64,000 bases of DNA, from the NCBI GenBank assembly GCA_000934665.2, contig KZ538083.1, positions 1 through 64,000 on the forward strand, in the 5' to 3' direction. Of this stretch, positions 52,401 to 64,000 are shown in pieces. Both the position numbers and the translations under genes were made by a program. The notes beneath the pieces are model-generated. The model searched no databases and was not told the DNA's origin. It saw only the letters and a list, made by a program, of their open reading frames with translations. This stretch comes from Catajapyx aquilonaris (taxonomy: Eukaryota). Within the stretch, counting starts at the first letter, position 1. The number at the start of each line of letters is the position of its first letter.

Positions 52401-55400
52401 GAGGAGTTAAGCCCACAATTTGTGTTACCTAATGCAGTGCTTGATAACTGGACGAGGGAGGAGAAAGAAAGGGAGGACAAACTGCCGATTATTACAAGAA
52501 ACATGAAGGAACCGGAACTGACAAAAAAAGTCAGATCACAGTTCAGGACATTCCACATTGACATGGATGGTAAGATCTTGACTTGTTAATATTTTGTGTC
52601 TTTAGAATGAATTGTAGTTGTACCACCACACATCTTGATTAGAAGTTGCTCTACAGGTGTGGTTTATGGTGCTTTGCTTTACAGTGTTTCGCTGATATAG
52701 CTTGTTCAATGATATTCACTTTTATTACTCTTGGCACATACGGCACATGCAGCGCATGCAGACCTCGGCAGAGTATTATTAACTAGAATATTTTTACTTT
52801 TGCATCATTTTTTAAAAAGCCTAGCTCTATTACTCACTGAATATATGATAGTGTAAACATGTTTTGAGCAGTACCGGGTATTCCTGTATTAAATAGTCTC
52901 TGTAATGGCAGACAAAACAATTATGGCTCATTACCCTGTATTGTTTAGGACAGGTCTGAAATGATTAGTAAATAATAATTAGTAATATGATCTGATATTC
53001 ATAATGCAATCAGATATGGCTTCATTGAGCATGCCTTATTTATGGTACACACACAGTGCCACTTGGTGGCTGATAGTGGGTTAAAGTAATGCACATGCAC
53101 CCTTGAAATAACTGAGAGGTGTATACTGTACGCTGCTTTAAGTAAGATTTAATCAAAATAATGAAACATCTCACACATTTTTAGTTTGTCTTCTGGAAAA
53201 AGTCGGTTATATGTAATTGTTTGCAAGCCATATTGAAATTTTTTCGGACATTTATTTATTTATTTTCCTTTCTTTTGGTAATGCATAGATAATCTGGACC
53301 TGTGTATTGGGAGTGCAATGTATAATTATGTAAGCAGTGCACCTTTATTGTTGGACCAACTGACGCAATATTTTTTTACAATGTGCATATGATGGCCAAC
53401 CATGTGTTGATTTTTCTTTCATGTCAGAAACCCACTTGGAATTGCTGAAATCTTTGGAGAATTATGCCCAGCCTCTTCTAAAGGAGCTTCAGAATTCAGG
53501 CGCCCTTCCGATGTTAAAAAGCTTCAAGTCTCTGCATCCTGATGTCACTCGATATATCCTGAATCAGCAAGCTCAGTCCCGACAGAGAGGTAGCGTTGGC
53601 CAATCATGGTTACAAAGATGTGGTGCTTGTAAGAATTTGTGCCTATATATAATGTCTGAATATTTACTTTCTTTTGATCTAGGAATGGTTTACTGCCAGA
53701 TGCTTGCACTACATGGTGTGGTGAAGGCTGCAGATTGTCTTCTTCATTGCAGCATTGCAACAGCCCAGGAAATGTTACAAGAGTTTCAAAACTCACACAA
53801 GACCTTTTTAAAAAGTAAGATTTTCCTTTATTTTATTATCCTAACATAATTGTTGTGGTATTCCAGTTTGCATTTTGTCTTTCTAAGTGCCAGTTCCCCT
53901 GCATACCAAACTGCCATAAAATTAATGGCAGTCTGTGCAACATGTGCAGCAGTATCTACGACTTTCATTTCTTACTTACTGTATAGGCCTACTTGTTTAA
54001 TTACATAATACAACAGTCAGTACTTTGGGACTTTGAGGATTTGTCATAGTCCTTGAGTCATTTTAGGGTCATGTACGAGTACAATTTGAAGCAGCACTTC
54101 GATATTCCAGATGGCTATGCACCTGTCCTGAATAATATGTCCAAGATGAAGCAGCACGGCATCCATCCTAAGCTGACAACATTGATCAGAGAACTTGATG
54201 ATTTGTCACCTGGAACTAGTGGAAAGGTTGGTAATACAGTAAAACTTCCATAAGTCGACTCTCCATGGGACCTGGAAAAAACTTCGAGTTATAGAAGATT
54301 CGAGTTAGAGAAGTTTGGATTTTTTAAAGCACATAACTCTATAAGGAAGACTACCATTGTATCCAGTGACGAAAGGTGTTCAAAACTTAAAAATAAATGT
54401 CACTATCACACTTATCATGTTCCTTATTGTTTTGTTGTAAAAAAATCTCTATTATGAACATTTTGTCTACTCTTAAATTCAAGGATTCAATTTTCACAAT
54501 CGAGTCAAACACTTCTTTCGGTACGTCTGGTAGACGGATATCAGGAAATTGAGCCTTTCCGTACATGTGACCTCCTCTTGACCCTTCGGCTGGGAAATGA
54601 GAAAATTTGCCGTACTTGCCAACATGAACTTCGACAAGGAGACTGAAAATTCATTGACATCCCATCGTAAGGCCCTGCCAGCACTTCGAGTTATGGAGAA
54701 CTTCGAGTTGTAGAAATTCGAGTTAGGGAAGTTTATTTCCTATTATTTTACATTGGGACCAACCAAGTTCGTCATTTTCTTCTACTTATAGAGAACTTCG
54801 ACTTAGGGAAATTCGACTTATGGAAGTTTTACTGTATATTTTCTACCTTATCCTGCATTTTTGTTGCTGCTGTGGAGAGAGGCTGAAAGGGGAGGATGAA
54901 AATAAGCATGGTATGCACTGTGGATGACCTGAAATTAAAGTGCATCATCTAAGTTGTAGGTGGAATTTGAAAGGGATGAGATATTGGGAGAGTTCATGCT
55001 TTCATACCATTGATTTGCTATTTCAACTTTCTCATATTTCATTGAACAGGTGTTGATTGTCCTGAAGAGATACAAAAATACCTTGAGCCCATCCATTGAA
55101 AGAGATCTGCCTAATGTGACCTGCATGACCTTTTTGACGGATGATCCTATGAGCAGGGAACAAGTGCTAGGTGGAGTTGATGGGGGTCAAGTCCTGATCA
55201 TCTCCCCTTCCAACATACGGATCCAGGAGGAATTCCCATGGGAGCGCTTTTCTGTGCTGGTGGACTATGAGCCAGAACCAGAATCTTTATGGGAACACCT
55301 CTGCAGGGAGCACAACATCGAGTACTGGGGGTTCAAAGTGGCTGCATGCTGGTCATTAGAAGATGAGATTGAACAGCCTACGAAGAAGGAAGAGGAAGGG

Positions 55401-56554
55401 GGAAGAAAAAGTGAAGATAAAGAAGGTAACAATAACAGTTAAATTTTCTGGAATGAGATATTGATGTATAGCATTAAAGTTTCTTACTCTGTCTCTCTGT
55501 ATTTTTTTTATACTATCCACAAGTCCTATTTTATACTTAGAATGGGAAAGGGAACTCATTACAAAAGAAGTGTGCCTCAACAGAAATGGTGTGCACTGGA
55601 ACACTGTCGAGTAGAATCCATACCATTTGTTTATTCATTCCAGGGAGATCACTCAGACGGAAGTATAAATTCTGGCACGTCATCTATTGACTACCGCTTT
55701 GCTGATTTATGGACTCTATGTATTGTAACCTCTCCACAAAATCAGCATCAAGTCAAAAATTGAGAGCGTAGGTCACTCCTGTATCCATAGAAGTGACTTT
55801 TGTATTATTCTGATCCATGATACATGTAAAGAATATGGAAGCTTAAAATATGTCATGTGCGCCATGAAGTTGGAAGTTTGTTGCTAGTCCTTCAACTTTG
55901 ATGCTGTTACATAGTACCCTTGAAATGAATCTGTCAAAAAAAGTGAATGTAGTACAGTACTAGTGTTTTTTTATATCCTTTGTTGGATTGTTGATCATGG
56001 AAGCATGTATTTGCAGTTTTTATGAACATGTTTCAGGCATCAAGACAAAGACATCCACCATCAAGAAACCACAAATTACCATCATAGTTTCAGAAGCTGT
56101 GTCTCGTAATGCTGATCTACTGATGGCTCTGGAGGAAGAGCAAAATATTCTGGTTGTCAGTCGGGATTACATGTGAGTGTAGTATTTACATTAATGTCAT
56201 TGAACAAAAAAAATCAAGGTATGCAAACCAATCCAATGGTATATTGTATTTATAATATTATTGAACATTATTGAGTCATTTCACCGAAGCAGGTTGGCAT
56301 AGTGGATTAGGCGTCCGACTGCTAATCGGGAGGTCCTGGGTTTGAATCCCGGGACCGGCAACTCTGACCGTGGTTTTCTGTGGTTTCCCACGGTCCTTCC
56401 AGGGAAATTCCGGAGTTGCTTCCGTAATTAATAGGCCACAGCCGCTTCCTTCCGTTCCTATCCTATCCCAATGAGCACAGTAAAATGAAAGCAAAGAGTT
56501 CCAGCCAAAACAAACTTCCCCCCTAAAGAGCCGATGGCTGATAACGGGGTATGA

Positions 56555-56632
<78 letters not shown>

Positions 56633-59600
56633 GAGTCATTTCAGTCAATGAATGATACAGCGTAGGCTTATACTACTTAATGTAATGCCACCCATTTGGA
56701 TCTGATTACCCAGATATTCTAATTATCTGGATTCAATTACTAATATAAAATTATGTAAGAGTAAGGAAAATAACCGATAAGTCTGCATAGGCCATAACTG
56801 TATGATTTACTCACGTACCATTTTACTCATTGTTCTGTAGAGCATAGCAATTGTTGCTCTTGTACAATAAAGACCCCAATAAATCAATCAACTACTTTAC
56901 TCATGCTTGCTAATCTTGACAGGCTATTGAGAGAGAAAGTGAGAGAACCTCGACTTCAGTTTGCGGATGTGGTGGTGGATGAACGGACTGCAGTATTGCT
57001 AGCTACTATAAATGCCATTGATAGTGAAACTACCATGGAGAGGATTGATGGAATCAGTAGTAAATTCTCTTGGTGCATGGTGATGATATGCACTGGGGAG
57101 AACACTATGTAAGTTTTGTTGTAATGCACTGAGTTCTTGCACTTTCGGATTTGTCTATTGCTGAGCCTAGAGCAGTGCTTCCCAAATTGTGGGTCGCGAC
57201 CCCTAATATTTGGTTGCGAGGGAGGGTAACAAATTATTTTCACAAAATGATGCTATCTTTCTTGAAAATCATGACCATAAGGTAAGGTCATTTCGTTGTT
57301 TACCTGTCTTTTCATGTTGGCGGATCGAAATGTGCACATATATGGGGTCGCAAATTTTACAAGACTATTTTTTGGGGTCGCCAAAGAAAGAAATTGGGAA
57401 GCACTGGTCTAGAGATATTCATTTACGTTTTATCTTCGCAAACATGAGTTTTTGACAGGCTTAGCATGTCTGTCGTCACTTAACAATGTTGGCATTTTGT
57501 CTGCTTCTTCAAGAAAATTATACATTAAAATCTAATGACAAGTTGCATAATAACATCTCCAGTGTATGTGTCACAACAGAAGAGTTCCTCAGATATTAAT
57601 GCTGATAAGGATAGTGTGCCAGTAGCTGACATGAAAACTGATTTCTTCTCTCTTTCACTAGTGCTGAAATTAAGTCAGCATCCACCAAGTTACACCAATA
57701 CCTAGAAGCTCAGAAGTTGACTAATGCATGCAATGTGAACACCAAATTTACCAGGACAACACGTATTGTAGCTGAGAGCATCCGATTTGTTGCTGATAAA
57801 GCCATGACAACATCAGACAGGAAGGATTGGCTGGACAGGAGTTGGATGACAGATCATGTTACTGAGGTACAAGAGTAACATCTGTTTTCTAATTGAATAG
57901 TCTAGAATGCAATAGGCCTAAGTCCACTTTTTTGCGAAAATGAGATTCAGGCGTGGACGAGTTCCGATAGTATCCACCCTAATGCTGATAGTATGGTATC
58001 AACCCAAGTTCATTCCTGGCTCACTAATATGGGAAGGAAAAGTTCAATTTCGTAATGTTGACAGTGTCTTTTGTACACAGTTTTTTGTGTCTCCTGAAAA
58101 GTTATGTTCTCTGGACTTAGGCCAGTTGCATTCTAGGCTACTCAATTGCTGAGCTGGGTCTGATTGGGTTCAAGTACAAAAGTGTTGTAGTGGATATATT
58201 ATTATATAAATATCCATGATTTTTTCTGTCAAAATCATGTGGGGTCAAGCAACCTCTGATCCTCACTTATTGGCATGGAATGGCTACTAAGCTGTTTTTA
58301 ACCAGTGTTCCCAGAACCCCATTGATTATTTTGGACCTTGCTGAAGTTTTTAACATTTGCACTTGGTTTTATTGCAGAAATTCAAGCAAAGTTTTGTATA
58401 GGAGGAAAGGTTCCTTGGTCTTAAAAAGTTGAATACCACAGGCTGATACAATGCTGGCACTAATGATTTTAACTCCCAATTATAGGTCAGATTATAGAGG
58501 TCTCTCGATAACAATACTGTATGATAATTGCTTCCTCATACTGATTCAGATTACTCCCCTTGACATGCTTTTTGATTGCTAGGAAGAGTCCATGCTGCTG
58601 CAGGTCCCCTGCCTCAACTCATACACAGCTCAGCTGATGCTGACAACAGCTCCACTTGAGTTACTGCAGACACTATCTGTAGAGCAGCTGATATACACTT
58701 TTCCATGGCTCCCGATGAAGGTGGCGCTATCATTCTGGTCATACATCCATCCTAAGCAGCCTGAAGTTGGTTCGGGGCAGAAGTGTCACTCATTCCAGTA
58801 TAATGACACTCCCATGGCTTCTGATGTGATGAACAGATCCGCAACATCAGAGCAACTAGATGCAGCTTTCAAGTTCTCTTCCAATCCAATTGCATCTGAG
58901 AAGATCTCATCACCTCCCAATCATAACTGGTTAGACAGGAACTTCAGTGGAGCCTCCCAGACTAAAAGCAATGGCGATGAATTCAGGCTATCAAATGGGC
59001 AGATGGGGTGGTTCAATACCTCAGCCAGTCCAAGTGTACATAATTGGCAAGATGAATCAACGAGAGGACCTTTTTGGCCTTCATCAAGTCCTAGTGTACC
59101 AAATATGTTTCATAATGGAATAGGTGGACATATGAATCCAGGCAGGCACAGTATGCCTTATAATGAAATAGTCAGACCCTTCCAGACCAGTCCCTCTCCT
59201 AGTGTGTGCCAGCCACCATTTATCTGCGACGGAAGGACTGGGCAGACTGCAGGGATCCCAATCAGGTACTACCATGATATGGCAAGCAAGCAAATGAATG
59301 GCAGTAATTTGGAGAGTTATTATGAATCTGAAACTGAAATATGGAAGAAAATAACTGAATCCATAGAGAACAGAAATCCTGAGATAAGAAGGTACGGTAC
59401 AGGAAATAATTATTTTATGATTCATTAATGGCAGCACATGTGCATGTTAATGTAAAATTTTCTGTTCCAGGATTGCATCATGGGCTGATAATTACCAAGA
59501 GAATACTGGGCAAAACCGCTGGGCAAACATGACTGTGAACCAGGACATTCCTGATGAGATGATTTTTGATGATGACTTACAGGAGTATTCCCTTTATGCT

Positions 59601-60710
59601 GAACAAGATAATGAGGGGAAAAAGTAAGGCATTGATCTGTTTTTCCAAATTACTGTGATCTAAACTTGATTATGTACTGGTGGAAATTGTGTGCTAAGGT
59701 GATAAGTAAGGTTAGCCATGAAACTCCAACCTAAAAATAAGATTGTTTCCTCCCAATTTTACCTCAGAAACTTCTGCAACTTCAAAAAAATTCTGGTCCT
59801 GGCCTTTTTGAGTACACATTTCAGTGATTTGATTATGTTCTTATGAAGTACGTAGATTATTATTAGACGAGTTCAGATACTTGGGTAGTTTGTTTGTTTG
59901 TTTGTTTGTTGGTTATGCCAAAGCAACTATCTGGCAATAGTATAGTGGGTTTCTGGTCGTGGGAGGAAACGGGAAAGCCCAGAGAAAACCCACGCAAACA
60001 TGGCGAGAACCCATCGAACCTCTTTCCACATAAGTGTCCTCCACCCAACCCAGGGATGGGACTCGGGACTTAGAGGTGGAAGGCTGCAGCGTTAACCACT
60101 ACACCACCATGTCACCCTATATATACTCGGGTAGTACAGTGATGGTACGATGTAGGTGATTGTTATTAGAAGATATGTAGTGTAATTCTCTTTCGCATTG
60201 GCTATTAATATCTTTCCTTGCTCTGTTGGGAATTACACTTCAAACCCCTTTCAGTTCCATTCATTGTCTTCTCCTTTTCAAGCCTGAGTGCTTCATTCCA
60301 AGTTCCACATGCAAAGGACTACAGGGAATGCCACTATAATGAGAAAATGCCCATGATGGCCAACCAGGGAAGGTTTTTCCAAGCACTGGCACAGAATGGC
60401 ATGCCATTCGCTCCTGGTAAGTAATGCTCACACCATTCAAATGCAGTTGTGACACCATTTGATACACTTTCATAGATGCAGGGAGGAAGAGATTTTTTGC
60501 TGAGCAGCCAGATGCACACAGGAAGTTAGAGCTTAGGGGCTCTACCTTTCAAGGTACAGTAACATACATTCGGTAATGCAGCAGTATGGCTGTACCCACC
60601 AAGGTGTTGACACATGCTCTCTGTTTACAGAAAACACTGCCAAGAAGATTAAGTTGTCCTTTACAAAGGTTCCAGGAAGGGGAGGCCAGACCAGGCTTGT
60701 CTTCAAGTGA
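49441..60710 (+). CDS. SHOC1: SHOC1/Zip2/MZIP2 (C9orf84) XPF-like meiotic crossover protein
   Basis: Multi-exon gene (approx. 49441-49571, 49689-50115, 50183-52569, then exons starting near 53428, 53683, 54060, 55050, 56037, 56923, 57662, 58583, 59471, 60302, and 60631-60710). Motifs TRYILNQQ, LHGVVKAADCLLHCSI, FPWERFSVLVDYE, ERCC4-like VVSRDY...ADVVVDERTAV, HhH LLQVPCLNSYTAQLML, C-terminus KKIKLSFTKVPGRGGQTRLVFK (human ends roughly [21 protein letters not shown], recalled). Start codon uncertain. Confidence 0.85.
54237..54834. mobile_element. Tc1/mariner-pogo (Tigger-like) MITE, 598 bp
   Basis: 22-bp TIR CAGTAAAACTTCCATAAGTCGA / TCGACTTATGGAAGTTTTACTG, TA TSD, subterminal TTCGAGTTA repeats. 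Confidence 0.88.
56284..56630 (+). mobile_element. tRNA-derived SINE with (ATT)n tail and TSD
   Basis: A box TGGCATAGTGG, B-box-like GGTTTGAATCC, body GGTTTTCTGTGGTTTCCC...GGCCACAGCCGCTTCCTTCC, ~25 ATT units, TSD TTGAGTCATTTCA (56271-56283 and 56631-56643). Confidence 0.88.
57173..57406. mobile_element. hAT (Charlie-like) MITE
   Basis: TIR CAGTGCTTCCCAA / TTGGGAAGCACTG; 8-bp TSD GCCTAGAG / GTCTAGAG. Confidence 0.85.
59890..60122 (-). mobile_element. tRNA-derived SINE with V-domain-like core and (CAAA)n tail
   Basis: Head GGGTGACATGGTGGTGTAGTGGTTAA; core GTTTGCGTGGGTTTTCTCTGGGCTTTCCCGTTTCCTCCCAC; flanking ATACTTGGGTAGT / ATACTCGGGTAGT as probable TSD. Confidence 0.75.
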
Positions 60711-61950
60711 TTTTGTAACTCTCTCAGTGTACTGACATTAATGTCTCACAATTTGAATTTTGCTGAATTGGGGATAACAACAAGTGGAAAGGTAAAAAAT
60801 GTACTAGGAACTCATAATTGATTTTTAATATTTTAGAAATTGATGCCATTGTGGTTGAGTCAGAAAATATTTTAAGAAGATTTAATGAAGCTTTTTTAAC
60901 GTTTTGTTTGCATCAGCATTGCACATGTGTAGAGAGATATGAGGCTGTGACATGTTGATGTAATGTAGATGATGCAGTTACTTTATTTGAGACAATTTCA
61001 TTATTTCAAGATTAATGCTCAAAATGTTCTTGGACATTATACTCACAGTGCAAATGCAATGTGTTAACCTACCTGATAGTTTTGGAAAAAAATTGGTCAC
61101 CTTAGTCGAAGTCAGAGGTGCAGAAGCTTGGCCACCCTGAGGAACCTTAAATTTATATGTAAAATATGAAAATTAACCTGCCAATTCATTTTTCGTACTC
61201 TCCAAATAACATGCATATGGACCAAAATCCTCCTTTCTCTTTTGTCCTATCCCTTTTCTGGGGTTCCGGGTTACTGGGCCTCCATTACAGTACTGCTCAC
61301 ATCACAAAATAAATTATTAATTCCAACTGTTTGCCAAAAGGACTTGATGGAGAAAAGGTCGGCCACCATGTGCCACTTAAGAGTTCAGCCAGATGCCACA
61401 TCATTCTAATTTTGCCCGACATGCATTGAGACTTTGGACATGCCTAATTGTGGGTCCCATAGGCACAGCTCATGTTATCAATGCAGAAGGTTAATCTGTG
61501 TGACCTCTTGGTGTGACCAGTATGGTGTGAGGGATGATGATTGGTTAGTGTATTTGCCACAATCAATGTTGATGGCCAGTTGGAATGGGAAATAAGGCAA
61601 TATGATCTTGGAACATCAACAGGTTGATGTGGAATGATAAGTTGGATATGCCCACCCTCATTTGGATGTATTTTTGACCTGTGATGTTGCTGAAACACCA
61701 TAACTGGTCTGGGTGTATGGTCCCATGCACATGGGTGTATAGGACATTTTTCACTGTGTGTTTCGCTTCAGTAGTAATAGGGCATCCAACTGTCCTTAGA
61801 ATGTGAATAAAAATATTCTCGGGGTGGCTAAGCTTACAGTGACTGATTCTGATATTTAACGTGTGACTTACCGTTAGTATAAGTGTTTATTATGGGTAGT
61901 GATGTTGTTTATCACCTAAAGTCAGAGCGTATGGCTGTGATCAAATGATT

Positions 61951-62475
61951 GTACCCATTGTGTCATTTTGTTAATATGTGAACATGTGGTTTTGTTTCAA
62001 AGAGTTTGTTATTATACACATTGTACCTGAATTAAGGCAGTCCAATCACACAGGTGTCTTATTGCCAAGCAATTGTTTCAGTTTCTTATTGTCTTATTGA
62101 GAAAATTAATTAGCACGTGTAATCATTTGATGGTTGCGATAACTCCATCACAACATGCGGAGTAGTAACCCTGTACGAGAATGAAGATTTTAAATTGCAA
62201 TTGCATTTGCAGCTATATTACGCACTGACTGTGAGTTTGAGTTTTGTTGTGACATGCCATGTTAATATGTAATAATACGTGGTTTGTAACTGAAACTTTT
62301 TGCTCCTGCACTACCTCCATACACATACTAGAATACAATCTGATATGATATCACAATATTCTGTTCCTTACAGTCTTTCGTGTGTTAGACAGTGTATTTT
62401 GTGTGCCCATTGTGTCATTTTGGTAATATGGGAACATGTGGTTTTGTTTCAAAGAATTTGTTACTATACACATTG
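61951..62475 (+). repeat. Two ~73-bp direct repeats ~450 bp apart
   Basis: CCCATTGTGTCATTTTG.TAATATG.GAACATGTGGTTTTGTTTCAAAGA.TTTGTTA.TATACACATTG at ~61951-62023 and ~62403-62475. Confidence 0.8.
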
Positions 62476-63103
62476 GTGAGTGTGGCAGAAACACAGCAGG
62501 TCTTGCTCTGATCAAGGTGGTGACTGAATTGCGCATTGTGGCACTTAGCTTTTGTGCACAGCAACTGTCAGTGAATTATTTATGAAGATTCTTGGATTCA
62601 GTGTGGTGTTATCTTTTGCAATATTCAAATGGTTTACCGTGAAACTTGTCAATGGACTCATCATCAGCAAGTTGGGTCACACCTAGTGCTACGTTAAGTA
62701 TTCCTTCATTACTCCCACAAGTATAGGCAAATATTTGTGTCTGTAACTCTGTATTGTCTCCTTCCACTGTTACATAAGGATAAAGCCTACCATACTCTAA
62801 TCAAGGTGCATGATGAGTTGTGTAATGAGAGTACTCCGAATTTGCTTACTGTCAGTATGGTATCGGTACTTGATTTATGAAGAGCCATTGATTAACATTA
62901 ATCCATGGTTGACACATGGTCTCCACTGCCAAAATGTGTGAAACCAGTGCCAGTTTAGGATGGCTGCCACAATGCACCAAACAAGCTGTTGAAACATTTA
63001 CAGTCGCGTGTCCTACACAAGTATATACACTGGGTATAAGATTTACTTGAACTCTTCAGCAAATGGAGCAAGCTGTCAAAAGAAGGGATGGTTATTGTCA
63101 CCT

Positions 63104-64000
63104 TCAAATGGTAAATGTGATGGTAGCTTCAGGATTAGGTGAATGACACAGGGTTTGCCTTTGGTTGGAGATTGGTCTCACCAAATGTAACTTGTTCATT
63201 GCAGGTTGAGGTATTGAGCAAGTTCGCTCACGTTGTTTGATATGAATGACGTAAAACTCGAGCAGCAAGCACACGGCAGACGTGCAAAGTCCAAATAAGA
63301 GTGCCATGAATACTGACTTCAAGTTATGTGTCGCCAGGGATTTGGGGTCACTTCGTTGAGACTCGATTTCACCGCTTTTAAACCATTTCATATTTTGCAG
63401 TTCTCTTTCTCGCTTTTGCCTAAGGTACGAGTTGTAATGAAGAATTCCGCATTCGGCATATCTCATTACGCCACGTTGAAGTGACTCAAGTGTGACTGAA
63501 TACATCTCAGTGGATACCGCACCAGTCACTATTGGGAGCCCGCTCTGCACTGCATGAATCTTATCCAGATGAAGTCTGTTCTCATCCTCATCGTCACTCA
63601 TCAGTTGACTTTCATGTATAAAACAAGCATACTTTTCCACTAGTGCCTTCCGAATGCACTTTTCCATAAAATCACGATAGTCATCGTCGTCATAATAGTC
63701 GATCCCACTAGCAATCACAGTTTCTACTTCAATATCACTGACATTCACAAGGGAATCAAAATAATAATCGTCCCATCTGCAACTACCCCACTTGTAGCCC
63801 ATGTCTACAAGATCAGTTAGATATTCCACATTTTTAACAGGCTTGTCCATAAGCAGTCCGACCATGTCTGAAGTGAAGAAGTTGCACATCAGGACACAGA
63901 AGAAGGAATACATGCAGAATATCCAGGTCGCAGCAGGTGTCAAGTCTTTCACTTCGATGGACTGGCACAAAAGGGGTGGGTACACTTTCAAAACAAAGAC
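63104..64000 (-). CDS. Divergent ionotropic (chemosensory) receptor, 3' part; continues beyond the window
   Basis: Uninterrupted ORF with an M3-like helix (FCVLMCNFFTSDMVGLL), S2 start KPVKNVEYLTDL, RYAECGIL, pre-M4/M4 SLATHNLKSVFMALLFGLCTSAVCLLLE; no SYTANLAAF. Confidence 0.75.
   Translation of the reverse strand, partial: VFVLKVYPPLLCQSIEVKDLTPAATWIFCMYSFFCVLMCNFFTSDMVGLLMDKPVKNVEYLTDLVDMGYKWGSCRWDDYYFDSLVNVSDIEVETVIASGIDYYDDDDYRDFMEKCIRKALVEKYACFIHESQLMSDDEDENRLHLDKIHAVQSGLPIVTGAVSTEMYSVTLESLQRGVMRYAECGILHYNSYLRQKRERELQNMKWFKSGEIESQRSDPKSLATHNLKSVFMALLFGLCTSAVCLLLEFYVIHIKQRERTCSIPQPAMNKLHLVRPISNQRQTLCHSPNPEATITFTI

Noticed and set aside
56284..56360. tRNA genes (also ~6380-6456 and ~60040-60117)
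   Set aside because: A/B boxes continue into SINE bodies with simple-repeat tails; no clean cloverleaf or poly-T terminator.
61440..61800. His-rich short minus-strand ORFs
   Set aside because: No recognisable domain or consistent splice model; likely intergenic or decayed repeat.

Overview
Gene-dense eukaryotic DNA with short introns, very likely an arthropod (NitFhit fusion, divergent ionotropic receptor, insect-type tRNA-derived SINEs); no prokaryotic features. By reading splice sites and frames by hand I reconstruct 13 protein-coding genes, in order: NitFhit (-, with two U12-type introns), a REDIC1/C12orf40 (HEIP1-family) meiotic crossover gene (+), EXOSC3/Rrp40 (+), a 5-exon membrane mucin of unrecognised family nested antisense in EXOSC3 intron 1 (-), an aldo-keto reductase (-), mucolipin/TRPML (+), BET1L (-), CACHD1 (+), a myophilin/calponin-type gene (+), ferredoxin-2 (-), an intronless FAM98 nested on the same strand in FDX2 intron 2 (-), SHOC1/Zip2 (+) and a partial ionotropic receptor (-). 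Mobile DNA: a pogo transposase remnant whose PHD finger is split by a 1.6-kb long-TIR (Sola2-like) element, a 5'-truncated Gypsy with its 3' LTR, several MITEs and three SINEs. Most notable: the two nested genes, two class-I crossover genes each divergently paired with a mitochondrially targeted housekeeping gene, and a duplicated promoter-like block between AKR and TRPML. Family assignments are recognised from motifs by memory, not database searches; exon boundaries are manual and may be off by a few bases.
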